Assembly (NCBI GenBank): GCA_965116885.1
Contig: OZ220741.1
Location: 2,784,001-2,848,000 of the forward strand
Source: Candidatus Latescibacterota bacterium
GTDB taxonomy: Bacteria > Latescibacterota > UBA2968
Length of the DNA: 64,000 bases
Direction of reading: 5' to 3'
Shown: piece after piece, positions 19,543-28,326 of the stretch
How the letters are laid out: the number at the start of each line of letters is the position of its first letter
Position numbering within the stretch: position 1 is the first letter of the stretch
Notes under the pieces: generated by a model
Told to the model about the DNA's origin: nothing
The model's input: the letters and a program-made list of their open reading frames with translations, nothing else
Database searches by the model: none
Made by a program: the position numbers and the translations under genes

Positions 19543-20511
19543 TTAAAAAAGTGAGAGTTGGACGGGGTCTTGTTCTGGAGTGGGTTGTCTGGCAGGTCTG
19601 TCATCGGGATAGCACACGGCTTTGAAGGGGCAGGTGGTACACAGGTGGGTATTTGTCGTCATGGGGAAAGTGTCTTGCGAAGCGGTGTTTTGCTCGGGAT
19701 CGTCGAGTAGCGCGCGCATTTTCTGGACGCTTTCGGTGACAAAGATACGGGTCTGGTCGAGGTCGTCGGGAGAGAGGTGCAGGGTGCGCTCGGTGTTGGT
19801 TTGCAGGTAGATGTCCTGGAGCTGCAGGTCGGATAATGCGACGTCCCACTGCGAGGTGGCGTACAGGGCGTACACAGCGAGTTGGTGGCGGTCGGCCTGG
19901 CGTTCGCGTCCGGTTTTCCAGTCGAAGATATAGACAGACTTATCGCGGCGAATTGCCACGTCGAGCACGACCCAGATTTTGGTATTGGCAAGGGTAAAAT
20001 CTGTGAGGTCCTCAATGGAGAGATAGTCTTCGGGACGGGCAGATTGCAGGGTGGTGTAGGCATCAGAGGCGAAAAAAGTATTGAGACTGGTCGAAATGTG
20101 ATTGGCCGACGTGTTCTGATCGGTTTCTGTAAAGGGTTCGTTGTAATAGTGTTCAAACAGATTGGTGTATTGAGAGGCCGAATAGCGCCAGAGATGTTCT
20201 GCGGATTCTTGCAGGCGTTGGCGGAATAAATTTTGCGCGTAGGTCTCGACGGCAAAGGGGAGAATATCGCGCTCCAATTTCAGTGCGTTGAGCGCGTTGC
20301 TGATGGCGTCGTGAACCACGGTACCGACGAGTTGCGGTACTGTGGTTATTTTTTTCAGGCGATAGAGCAACTGGGCCTGCGCGTCTGCGTTTTTGTCCCA
20401 GCCACCCCAGCTGCCGTAGTAGTTGAAGTAGTATTGTCGCTTGCACGATTCAAACATGCGATGACGCGATGGCGACCAGGAGAACTCGTTTTGGAAATTG
20501 GACATGTTCAA
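19543..20511 (-). CDS. PD-(D/E)XK nuclease, Cas4/AddB-like, with Fe-S cysteines and a C-terminal QLSLF
   Basis: WSPSR..FESC, GTVVH, LDV..IFDWKTG, QLAVY, CTTCPFKAVC. Confidence 0.85.
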   Translation of the reverse strand: MNMSNFQNEFSWSPSRHRMFESCKRQYYFNYYGSWGGWDKNADAQAQLLYRLKKITTVPQLVGTVVHDAISNALNALKLERDILPFAVETYAQNLFRQRLQESAEHLWRYSASQYTNLFEHYYNEPFTETDQNTSANHISTSLNTFFASDAYTTLQSARPEDYLSIEDLTDFTLANTKIWVVLDVAIRRDKSVYIFDWKTGRERQADRHQLAVYALYATSQWDVALSDLQLQDIYLQTNTERTLHLSPDDLDQTRIFVTESVQKMRALLDDPEQNTASQDTFPMTTNTHLCTTCPFKAVCYPDDRPARQPTPEQDPVQLSLF

Positions 20512-21782
20512 TAAAGTGCGTTTAAGACGTCAAAATACGTGGGAAATGTTTTGTTGACACAGTCGGGGTCGTTTATGACAATGCCGGGGATTTTCAGTCC
20601 GATCAGCGACAGGCTCATCGCCATGCGGTGATCGTCGTACGTGTCGAGTGCGGCGGGTTGGATGTGGTCTGCGGGATAGACTGTGAGGCCATCGGCGCGG
20701 GTATCAACGCGCACGCCGAGTTTGTTCAGTTCTGTTTTGAGTGCGGCGATGCGATCGGTTTCATGGAGGCGGAGGACGGCTACGTTGTGTACGCTGATTG
20801 GAGCAGACGCAAACGGAGCCAGAGCGCACAGGGTTGGCACGATGTCGGGCGTGGCGTTCATGTCGATGTCGAGACCCGACAGACGCCCTGTTCCGCGCAC
20901 TTCAATGCCTTCGGGGTCTTTGTTTACATCACAGCCCATTTTGGACAGGATATCGACAAAGCCGATGTCGCCTTGAATGGATTGCGCCGTTAAATTGGGT
21001 ACGCGCACGCGACCGCGGGTGAGTGCGGCTGCGGCAAAGAAATAAGAGGCGTTGGACGCATCGGGTTCGATCTGATATGTGCGGGAATGATAGCGCTGGC
21101 CAGCGCGTATGGTGAAAGAGCGGTAGTTATTATTGGTGACTTCAATGCCGAAGTCGCGCATGACGGCAATGGTGAGGTCGATATACGGTTTGGATACGAG
21201 GTCGCCTTTGACGTGGATTTCGACATCACTTTGGGCGTAGGATGCCACCTGAAGCAGTGCCGTGAAATACTGGCTGCTTTTGCTGCCGTTCATGGTGGTG
21301 CGGCCACCTTTGAGGCCAGAGGCGACGATGAGCGCGGGGGGGCATAGCCCGTCCTTGCCTTCACAGCGCGCGGTTACGCCGAGGGGGGTGAGGCCGTCGA
21401 GGAGGTCCTGGATGGGGCGCTCGCGCATCCGTTCGACGCCGTCTATGGTATAGGTTCCAGCACCCAGGCCGAGATATGCCGCGAGAAAGCGCGCCGAGGT
21501 GCCCGAGTTGCCAATGTGAAGTTCTGCCTGATCAGCGGGGATGTGCCCGCCTGTGCCATAGACGCGAAATGCGTTATCTGACTCATCTACGCGAATGCCC
21601 AGATCGCGCAGGGCATTTGCCATATATCGCGTGTCATCGCTCATGAGTGCGTTGTTGAGGTGGCTGATACCGTCTGCGAGGGCGGCAATTAGCAGAACGC
21701 GGTTGGTGATGCTTTTAGAACCCGGAATCGCGACATTTGCATCGATTGGGGTTGTCATGGGTTGGATTTTAAGAGTTTTCAT
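20508..21782 (-). CDS. aroA: 3-phosphoshikimate 1-carboxyvinyltransferase (EPSP synthase)
   Basis: PGSKSITNR, GNSGTSARF, SSQY, RLHETDRI, DDHRMAM, KTFP. Confidence 0.97.
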   Translation of the reverse strand: MKTLKIQPMTTPIDANVAIPGSKSITNRVLLIAALADGISHLNNALMSDDTRYMANALRDLGIRVDESDNAFRVYGTGGHIPADQAELHIGNSGTSARFLAAYLGLGAGTYTIDGVERMRERPIQDLLDGLTPLGVTARCEGKDGLCPPALIVASGLKGGRTTMNGSKSSQYFTALLQVASYAQSDVEIHVKGDLVSKPYIDLTIAVMRDFGIEVTNNNYRSFTIRAGQRYHSRTYQIEPDASNASYFFAAAALTRGRVRVPNLTAQSIQGDIGFVDILSKMGCDVNKDPEGIEVRGTGRLSGLDIDMNATPDIVPTLCALAPFASAPISVHNVAVLRLHETDRIAALKTELNKLGVRVDTRADGLTVYPADHIQPAALDTYDDHRMAMSLSLIGLKIPGIVINDPDCVNKTFPTYFDVLNALY

Positions 21783-21920
21783 AGGTAGGAAATTGACGTA
21801 CTCCCAAATCTAAAGCATTGGGATTGTAGAATCTTGTTGCTTCAGCAGGGATTGTGGGATCAACAGTAGTTGCTTGCTTCCCCGAAGTTCGGCAAGTCTT
21901 ACGCTACCTCCGCCATAGGT
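21773..21920 (-). ncRNA. Predicted TnpB omega-RNA (reRNA) scaffold plus about 20-nt guide
   Basis: Overlaps the tnpB 3' end; nested stems GTAG/CTAC, TTGC/GCAA, CCGAA/TTCGG; terminal hairpin, then TCAA; boundaries approximate. Confidence 0.7.
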
Positions 21921-23005
21921 GGACGCCCCCACCTGTGAATGTTTATCGCCGCGTTGAGGTCTCTATCCATCTCAAGGCCACAGGCGCAACAATGGAATGT
22001 TCTCTCTCGCAATTCGAGATTCTCTTTCACTGTATCACAAGCCGAGCAGGTCTTTGACGTGGGTAGCCATTTGTCGATTTGTTTGACAACTTTGCCCGTC
22101 TTTTTTGCCACATACTTGAGAATGTTCAAAAAGTCTGAGAAGCCCAAATCGCTAATCTTTCTGCCCCACAACGCTTTCAAGGCGTCGATATTCAGCGTTT
22201 CAAAATACATGACGTCATATTCTTTACAGAGTTGATAGGCAAGTTGCCAGTGATAGTCTCTGCGCTGATTAGCAACGCGCCTATACGCTCTGGCAAGACT
22301 TACTCTGGCTCTATGACGGTTATGGCTCCCTTTCTTCTTGCGAGAAAGATTGCGATTAGCCTTTTTGACTTTCCTCGAATTACGATTGAAGAACAATGGC
22401 GATTGTGTGCGTGTGGTATCTGAGGCTGTTAGGTATGTTTTCAAGCCGAAGTCAAAGCCTGCGGTTTTACCGTTCTTGATCATGAATGACTTGATACCCT
22501 CAGCCTTTGCAACAACACATAGCCACAAATCGTCTACACGGTCACGTTTGATTGTGACCGTTTTGATACGCTCTACATCGAACTTTCTGCTCTTATGGTA
22601 TCTGAATATACGCTTGCCAATACGCACCTTGTTACGCTCAAGGAATTTGTATCCTGCTTGCTTGAGCGTATAGGACTGATACCGAAAGCGAGACCTGAAA
22701 GTAGGTGGACGCTTATTATCTCTGGCAAAGAATTTCTGATAGCCAAAGTCTATACGCTCAACCACATTTTGCAATGCCTGGCTCGGCAACAAACGCCAAT
22801 GTGCAAAGCGTGTTGTTCTTTTCAGCTTTGCCAAATGGTTAATCATTGTGAACTTACTCGGATATTTGCCAAAACGCCGATAGTATCGCTTGTGCAAAGC
22901 AATGAAATGATTATACACCTCAGCAAAAGAATCTATATCCCTATGGATATACATATTGCGATCACAGAGACTATACATTTTGTATTTATACGTTAAGTAT
23001 TCCAT
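21899..23005 (-). CDS. tnpB: RNA-guided endonuclease TnpB
   Basis: RuvC-I GFDFGL, RuvC-II FETLN, zinc finger CSAC..CCAC, RuvC-III DRDLNAAINI. Confidence 0.95.
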   Translation of the reverse strand: MEYLTYKYKMYSLCDRNMYIHRDIDSFAEVYNHFIALHKRYYRRFGKYPSKFTMINHLAKLKRTTRFAHWRLLPSQALQNVVERIDFGYQKFFARDNKRPPTFRSRFRYQSYTLKQAGYKFLERNKVRIGKRIFRYHKSRKFDVERIKTVTIKRDRVDDLWLCVVAKAEGIKSFMIKNGKTAGFDFGLKTYLTASDTTRTQSPLFFNRNSRKVKKANRNLSRKKKGSHNRHRARVSLARAYRRVANQRRDYHWQLAYQLCKEYDVMYFETLNIDALKALWGRKISDLGFSDFLNILKYVAKKTGKVVKQIDKWLPTSKTCSACDTVKENLELRERTFHCCACGLEMDRDLNAAINIHRWGRPPMAEVA

Positions 23006-23011
23006 AATGTA

Positions 23012-23040
23012 AATATACACAAAAACAGTAATTTATGCAA
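23012..23040 (-). promoter_or_regulatory. Putative tnpB promoter, predicting a leaderless mRNA
   Basis: TTGCAT-N17-TATATT on the minus strand, ending 6 nt before the ATG at 23005. Confidence 0.55.
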
Positions 23041-23500
23041 GTTTTATGTAGTCAGTGAACAGATGATTTAGGTCGATGAAGTGCTGGCGCACTTGTACAC
23101 CGCTCCACCGCCCACATTGCCTTGAGCAATGTGCCACCATGCTAAGCATGTTCCGTGATGATTTTACACGGAAGCACCGCACCATAAATTCGGAAGCCCT
23201 TGCAAAACAACGCTCGCTAACTCGCGTCTGCTTCCCAACGCTAAAGCTGTTGGGTCTTACGGGCTGTAAGATAAATTAAAAATTAAAAATGAACAAGGCA
23301 CAATAGTTTCCCCGCAGGTGTTTTTTCGATGTCCTGTTTTAATGGCGTTACACCCTGCCATTCTGTCGCTTGATTTTTCCCGATACTGGTTTTAGATTAG
23401 AAAGCAGATTGTGATATTCTCTCCTGATTCTTTTTCCTCTCTCCAATTTCTTTTTTTCGAGATGCCCTCCCCCAACATCTCCATTTATGGGAGCGTGTTG

Positions 23501-26500
23501 ATGAAATCTTCTGACTTTGTCCATTTGCATAGCCACACGATGTATAGCCTGCTCGATGGCGCGTCCAGAATAGAAGATATTGCCCAGGTAGCCGCCGAAT
23601 GGGGCATGCCTGCGGTTGCGATGACCGATCACGGCAATCTTTTCGGTGCTATTGATTTTTATCGGGCGATGAAAGATGTGGGCGTCAATCCGATTATCGG
23701 GTGCGAAGTGTATTGTGCGCTTGGAAGCCGATTTGACAAAAAATCTATGCCGGGTCTTCAGGGCAGTTCAAACCATCTGGTTTTGCTGGTCAAAAATTAT
23801 ACGGGATATAAAAATCTGATCAAGCTGGTGTCTTCGGGGTATCTCGAGGGCTATTATTATAACCCGCGCATAGACAAAGACTTGCTGCGCCAGCATTCGG
23901 AAGGGCTGATTTGCCTGTCGGCGTGCATCGGGGGCGAGATACCCTATTTGATTGAACGCGAGGGATACAAGACGGCGCAAAAGGCCGTGGAGACGTATCT
24001 CGATATTTTCGGCGATGATTATTATCTGGAGATTCAGCGGCACGGCATTGACAAAGAAAAAAAGATCAATCCAGGATTGGTCAAGTTGCACGAGGAGATG
24101 GGTGTGCCCCTGGTGGCGACCAATGATTCGCATTTTACGCGCGCCGAGGACCACGAAGCGCATGCGGCTCTGGTCGCTATTCAGACGGGTAAGACATTGG
24201 ACGATCCCAAGCGCATGTGTTATCCCGAAGGCGTGTATTTTAAGTCGGCAGAGGAGATGTACGAGCTGTTTCGGGATATGCCACACGTTCTGGAACCCAC
24301 GCTTGAGATTGCCGAAAAATGCAATCTGGAGATTTCATTTGATGAGTCTCACGCGCCTGATTTCCCTTTGCCAGAGAGGTATGATTCGGCCAGTGATTAT
24401 CTGAAAGATCTGGCGCGCAAGGGCATGGAAACGCGTTGCAAGCAGGTGACCTCTGAGCATGAGGAGCGCCTGAAGTTTGAGTTGGGTGTGATCGATCAGA
24501 CGGGATATCCGGGCTATTTTTTGATTTTGCACGATCTGGTGCAATTTTCCAATGCATCTGGCATCCGCGCAGGCGCGCGCGGGTCTGCTGTGAGCAGTCT
24601 GGTGGCTTACGCACTGGGCATAACGGCTGTGGATCCCATCGAATACGGGCTGGTATTTGAGCGGTTTTTGAATCCCGAGCGGATTTCGCCGCCCGATATT
24701 GATTACGATATTGCCGACCGCGACCGCGAGCAGGTCATCGATTACGTGGTGCAAAAATACGGACGCGACAATGTGTGTCAGGTCATTACGTTTGGCACTA
24801 TGGGCGCGAAGGGCGTGATCCGCGATGTGGGGCGGGTGTTAGACCGGCCATTTGCAGATGTCGATAGAATTTCAAAATTGGTACCCGCAGAATTGAAGAT
24901 GACGCTCGATAAAGCTCTCGACCAGGTGCCCGAGTTACGTCAAATTGCCGAAGATGGGGACATGGGGGAAAAGATGATCGGCATAGGAAAGCAACTCGAA
25001 GGTCTGGCGCGCCATGCGTCGATTCACGCGGCTGCTGTGGTGATTACGCCCGAGCCTGTGACCGAGTTTATGCCCGTCTATAAGGCGCCCAAAGGCGGGG
25101 AGGTGATGACGCAGTACAATATGCACCACGTGGAAGATCTGGGCTTTTTGAAGATGGATTTTTTGGGGCTTCGCAATCTGACGGTGATTGACGATGCCGT
25201 GAAGATGGTGAAGGAAAATTACGGCGTGGATGTGGATGTGGATAACTTGCCTCTGGACGATGAGGAGACCTATCGCCTGTTTGGCCGGGGCGATACGACC
25301 GGGGTGTTCCAGTTTGAAAGCGCGGGGATGAGGGGCTATTTGCAACAACTGAAGCCGGATACGATTGGCGATATTATTGCGATGAATGCGCTTTATCGCC
25401 CGGGACCGATGCAGTATATTCCCAATTACATCGACCGCAAGCACGGACGGGAAGAAGTGATATATAACGACGAGAAGATGCGCCCGGCTCTGGAGGAGAC
25501 GTACGGCATCATTACTTACCAGGAGCAGGTGCAGCGCCTGTGTCGTGACCTGGCTGGATTTACACTTGCCAAAGCCGATGGTATCCGCAAAGCCATGGGA
25601 AAAAAGTTGGCCGATGTGATGGAAAAGTATCGGCTTGAATTTTTAGAGAGTACCATGGCCAATGGCGTTGAAAAAACGGTCGCAGAACAGATATGGCGAG
25701 ATATCGAGGTTTTCTCGGGCTATGGGTTCAACAAGGCGCACAGTGCGGGCTATTCGATGGTGGCTTACCAGTGCGCGTATCTCAAGGCGCATTATCCGGC
25801 TGAATTTATGGCGGCGAATCTCAACAGTGAAATTGGCAATATAGAGCGTCTGGTCGTTCTGGTCGAAGAATGCCGACGGATGGGTCTGGACGTATTGCCT
25901 CCAGATGTAAATGCAGGGCAGGTCGATTTTATGGCTGCCAAAAATGAGATTCGAATGGGTATGGCTGCTATTCGCAATGTGGGACGCAGCGCGGTTCAAG
26001 CGATTGTAGCAGCGCGTGACGCAGATGGGCCTTTTGAGTCGCTATTTGATTTTTGCGATCGCGTGGATTCTCAGGCTGTGAACAGGCGGTGTATCGAAAG
26101 TCTGATTAAAGCCGGTGCTTATGATTGCGTGCCGGGGCATCGCGCGCAGTTGCTCGAAGCCTTAGACCGCGCACTGGAGATGGCGCAATCTGTACAGATG
26201 GATCGCGCGCGTGGGCAAATTTCCATGTTTGAAATGGTCGAGATGCAAACGCAGGCGGTGAACGACCAATCGTTACCCGAGGTTGAGGAATGGACTGAGC
26301 GCGAACGCCTCGCTAATGAAAAAGATATGCTGGGCTTTTATCTTTCGGGACATCCGCTGGAACGCTACAGAACCGATTTGTCGGAGATGGGTATGCGGTC
26401 GGTAAATGATCTGACGGGATTGCCCGATGGTGCAGAGGTGCAGATTGGGGGCGTTTTAACTGAAGTTAAACCGCATACGACACGCGATGGTCGGCCCATG

Positions 26501-27007
26501 GCTTTTGGCACGCTGGAAGATTTGAGTGGCACGGTTGACTTGGTGGTGTTTTCCGATACTTTTGAAAAATTGCGCGAGCAACTGCTGGCCGATGAAATGG
26601 TGGTTTTACAAGGTCGGTTTTCCGCACGCAATGGCCGGTCTTCGGTGCAGGTTGAGAATGTGATGCCTATTGAGCAGGCGCGCGAGCAACTGGCCGATAC
26701 CGTCAATGTGATGTTGTCGGGTGATTTAATACGGATGGAGCCACTCAAATCACTGCATACTCTGTGTCTGAAACATCCGGGCAACTGTCAGTTGCGATTA
26801 CATCTGAAATTGGAGCGCGACCATTCCACCATCATCCTGTCCCGTCAGGTTCAGGTGTTGCCTTCCGATGTCTTGTTGCGAGAAATTGCCGAACTCACGG
26901 GTGGCAGAGCCAATGCGTGGGTATCAACCGAGGCGGGGCGCGCTCGACGCGCGGCGAGACGCCAATCCGATGAAATGGTCTTAGAAGGGGGACTTGTAAC
27001 GGCGTGA
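23501..27007 (+). CDS. dnaE: DNA polymerase III alpha subunit
   Basis: FVHLHSH PHP domain, PDIDYD, KMDFLGL, YGFNKAHS, OB fold, internal clamp motif QISMF. Confidence 0.97.
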   Translation: MKSSDFVHLHSHTMYSLLDGASRIEDIAQVAAEWGMPAVAMTDHGNLFGAIDFYRAMKDVGVNPIIGCEVYCALGSRFDKKSMPGLQGSSNHLVLLVKNYTGYKNLIKLVSSGYLEGYYYNPRIDKDLLRQHSEGLICLSACIGGEIPYLIEREGYKTAQKAVETYLDIFGDDYYLEIQRHGIDKEKKINPGLVKLHEEMGVPLVATNDSHFTRAEDHEAHAALVAIQTGKTLDDPKRMCYPEGVYFKSAEEMYELFRDMPHVLEPTLEIAEKCNLEISFDESHAPDFPLPERYDSASDYLKDLARKGMETRCKQVTSEHEERLKFELGVIDQTGYPGYFLILHDLVQFSNASGIRAGARGSAVSSLVAYALGITAVDPIEYGLVFERFLNPERISPPDIDYDIADRDREQVIDYVVQKYGRDNVCQVITFGTMGAKGVIRDVGRVLDRPFADVDRISKLVPAELKMTLDKALDQVPELRQIAEDGDMGEKMIGIGKQLEGLARHASIHAAAVVITPEPVTEFMPVYKAPKGGEVMTQYNMHHVEDLGFLKMDFLGLRNLTVIDDAVKMVKENYGVDVDVDNLPLDDEETYRLFGRGDTTGVFQFESAGMRGYLQQLKPDTIGDIIAMNALYRPGPMQYIPNYIDRKHGREEVIYNDEKMRPALEETYGIITYQEQVQRLCRDLAGFTLAKADGIRKAMGKKLADVMEKYRLEFLESTMANGVEKTVAEQIWRDIEVFSGYGFNKAHSAGYSMVAYQCAYLKAHYPAEFMAANLNSEIGNIERLVVLVEECRRMGLDVLPPDVNAGQVDFMAAKNEIRMGMAAIRNVGRSAVQAIVAARDADGPFESLFDFCDRVDSQAVNRRCIESLIKAGAYDCVPGHRAQLLEALDRALEMAQSVQMDRARGQISMFEMVEMQTQAVNDQSLPEVEEWTERERLANEKDMLGFYLSGHPLERYRTDLSEMGMRSVNDLTGLPDGAEVQIGGVLTEVKPHTTRDGRPMAFGTLEDLSGTVDLVVFSDTFEKLREQLLADEMVVLQGRFSARNGRSSVQVENVMPIEQAREQLADTVNVMLSGDLIRMEPLKSLHTLCLKHPGNCQLRLHLKLERDHSTIILSRQVQVLPSDVLLREIAELTGGRANAWVSTEAGRARRAARRQSDEMVLEGGLVTA

Positions 27008-27032
27008 TGGGAGGTGGAAAAAATAAAAAAAT

Positions 27033-27066
27033 AAAAGGCGAGGGGCCATTCGGCTCCTCGCCTTTT
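27033..27066. terminator. Bidirectional intrinsic terminator between dnaE and rodA
   Basis: AAAAGGCGAGGGGCC-ATTC-GGCTCCTCGCCTTTT. Confidence 0.85.
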
Positions 27067-27083
27067 ACATCTCAATCACACCC

Positions 27084-28304
27084 TTAATAATCCTCATACC
27101 TGTTGGCATAAATGTTGAGTAACAGACCAACGAGAATCATATTTGTGATGAGAGTGGAGCCTCCGTAGCTCAGGAAAGGCAATGGGAGGCCCGTGACGGG
27201 CATGATGCCAATGGTCATGCCGATGTTGACAAAAATGTGGAAGAGGAGAATGGTCGCCAGCCCGATAGCAGTCAAGCTGGAGAAGCGGTTTTTGGTCTGG
27301 ACGGCAATGGACAAGGCACGCCATAAGATGAATATAAACAATGCCAAAATAAAAAAGGCACCGAGAAATCCGAATTCTTCGCATATAACGGAAAAAATAA
27401 AGTCGGTGTGTTGTTCGGGTAAAAAGGCGAGTTTGGTTTGTGTGCCTTCTAAAAATCCCTTGCCTGTGAGGCCGCCAGACCCTATGGCGATTTTGGACTG
27501 AATGACCTGATAACCCGCGCCGAGTTTGTCCATATCGGGGTCGAGAAAGGTGAGGATACGGCGTTTTTGGTAGTCGTGGAGTTTGTTTTCCCACACATAG
27601 GGTGCGGCGATGGCAACCGTGAGATTGACCAATAGCAAGATGCTTGCGGTGAATAAACGGGGGCGTTCATAGAAAAGGAGGCCGATGAGGATTATTACTA
27701 TTGCGGCCAGCATCCAGGGGTGAAAAGCACATATCAGGGTGAGGGCAGGGGAAACTAAAAAAAATAAATGCGTGAGTCTGACGCCTGCCCAGAATAACAT
27801 GGGCAGGATGAGAACGCTAAAAACCAGGGCGGTGCCCAGATCGGGTTGCTTAAAAACGAGTAAGATGGGTACGAGAACGAACAATAGAGGCGGGATAAAG
27901 GCACGTGCGCGGGTCAGGTCGCGGTTGGGATAGGCCAAAAAGCGCGCGAGTACCAGGACGGTCGTTATCTTGGCGAATTCAGAAGGTTGTATGTGAATGG
28001 AACCAATGTTGAACCAGCGCCGGTCACCCAATTCGAGCACGAGTATCAAAAGTGTAACTGTCAGGCCATAGAGGACATACGCAAAGGCGTAAAAAAGTTT
28101 GAGGGGAATGACCATGGTGATGGCCATGGCAATAAACCCGAGTAAGGCCCAGATAATTTGCTTTTCATAAATATTGCCAGCCAGTCCCAAATCCCAATTG
28201 TAGCTGGCACTGTATATGGTGGTAATGCCCACACCAATGCCCAGGCATATTGCTGAGAGAAGGCCGATGTCGAGGTCGCGTCGAACAAATAGAGAAAGAT
28301 TCAC
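27084..28304 (-). CDS. rodA: Rod shape-determining SEDS glycosyltransferase
   Basis: IQPSEFAK, QPDLGT, GYQVIQSKIAIGSGG, PEQHTDFIF, LPFLSYGGS. Confidence 0.95.
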   Translation of the reverse strand: MNLSLFVRRDLDIGLLSAICLGIGVGITTIYSASYNWDLGLAGNIYEKQIIWALLGFIAMAITMVIPLKLFYAFAYVLYGLTVTLLILVLELGDRRWFNIGSIHIQPSEFAKITTVLVLARFLAYPNRDLTRARAFIPPLLFVLVPILLVFKQPDLGTALVFSVLILPMLFWAGVRLTHLFFLVSPALTLICAFHPWMLAAIVIILIGLLFYERPRLFTASILLLVNLTVAIAAPYVWENKLHDYQKRRILTFLDPDMDKLGAGYQVIQSKIAIGSGGLTGKGFLEGTQTKLAFLPEQHTDFIFSVICEEFGFLGAFFILALFIFILWRALSIAVQTKNRFSSLTAIGLATILLFHIFVNIGMTIGIMPVTGLPLPFLSYGGSTLITNMILVGLLLNIYANRYEDY

Positions 28305-28326
28305 AACTACCTCGAAAAGTGGGAGG

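Larger units (their letters stand above)
21793..23270 (-). mobile_element. IS200/IS605-family (IS1341-like) element with tnpB only
   Basis: Subterminal hairpins CCCAATGCTTTAGATTTGGG (right end, finishing GTCAA) and CCCAACAGCTTTAGCGTTGGG (left end); AT-rich relative to the flanks; left boundary inferred after TTTAT. Confidence 0.85.

Noticed and set aside
19543..23270. Cas4-like nuclease plus TnpB as a minimal type V CRISPR system
   Set aside because: No repeat-spacer array and no cas1/cas2; TnpB has ordinary IS ends and aroA lies between the two genes
21793..23270. IStron (group I intron-IS605 hybrid)
   Set aside because: The element is intergenic, ends in TCAA rather than an omega-G, and the upstream segment is too short with no recognisable group I core
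23076..23279. 67-aa ORF as TnpA
   Set aside because: No HUH motif or catalytic Tyr helix; it reads through the left-end hairpin
23501..27007. Intein or split in DnaE
   Set aside because: Normal length with continuous motifs
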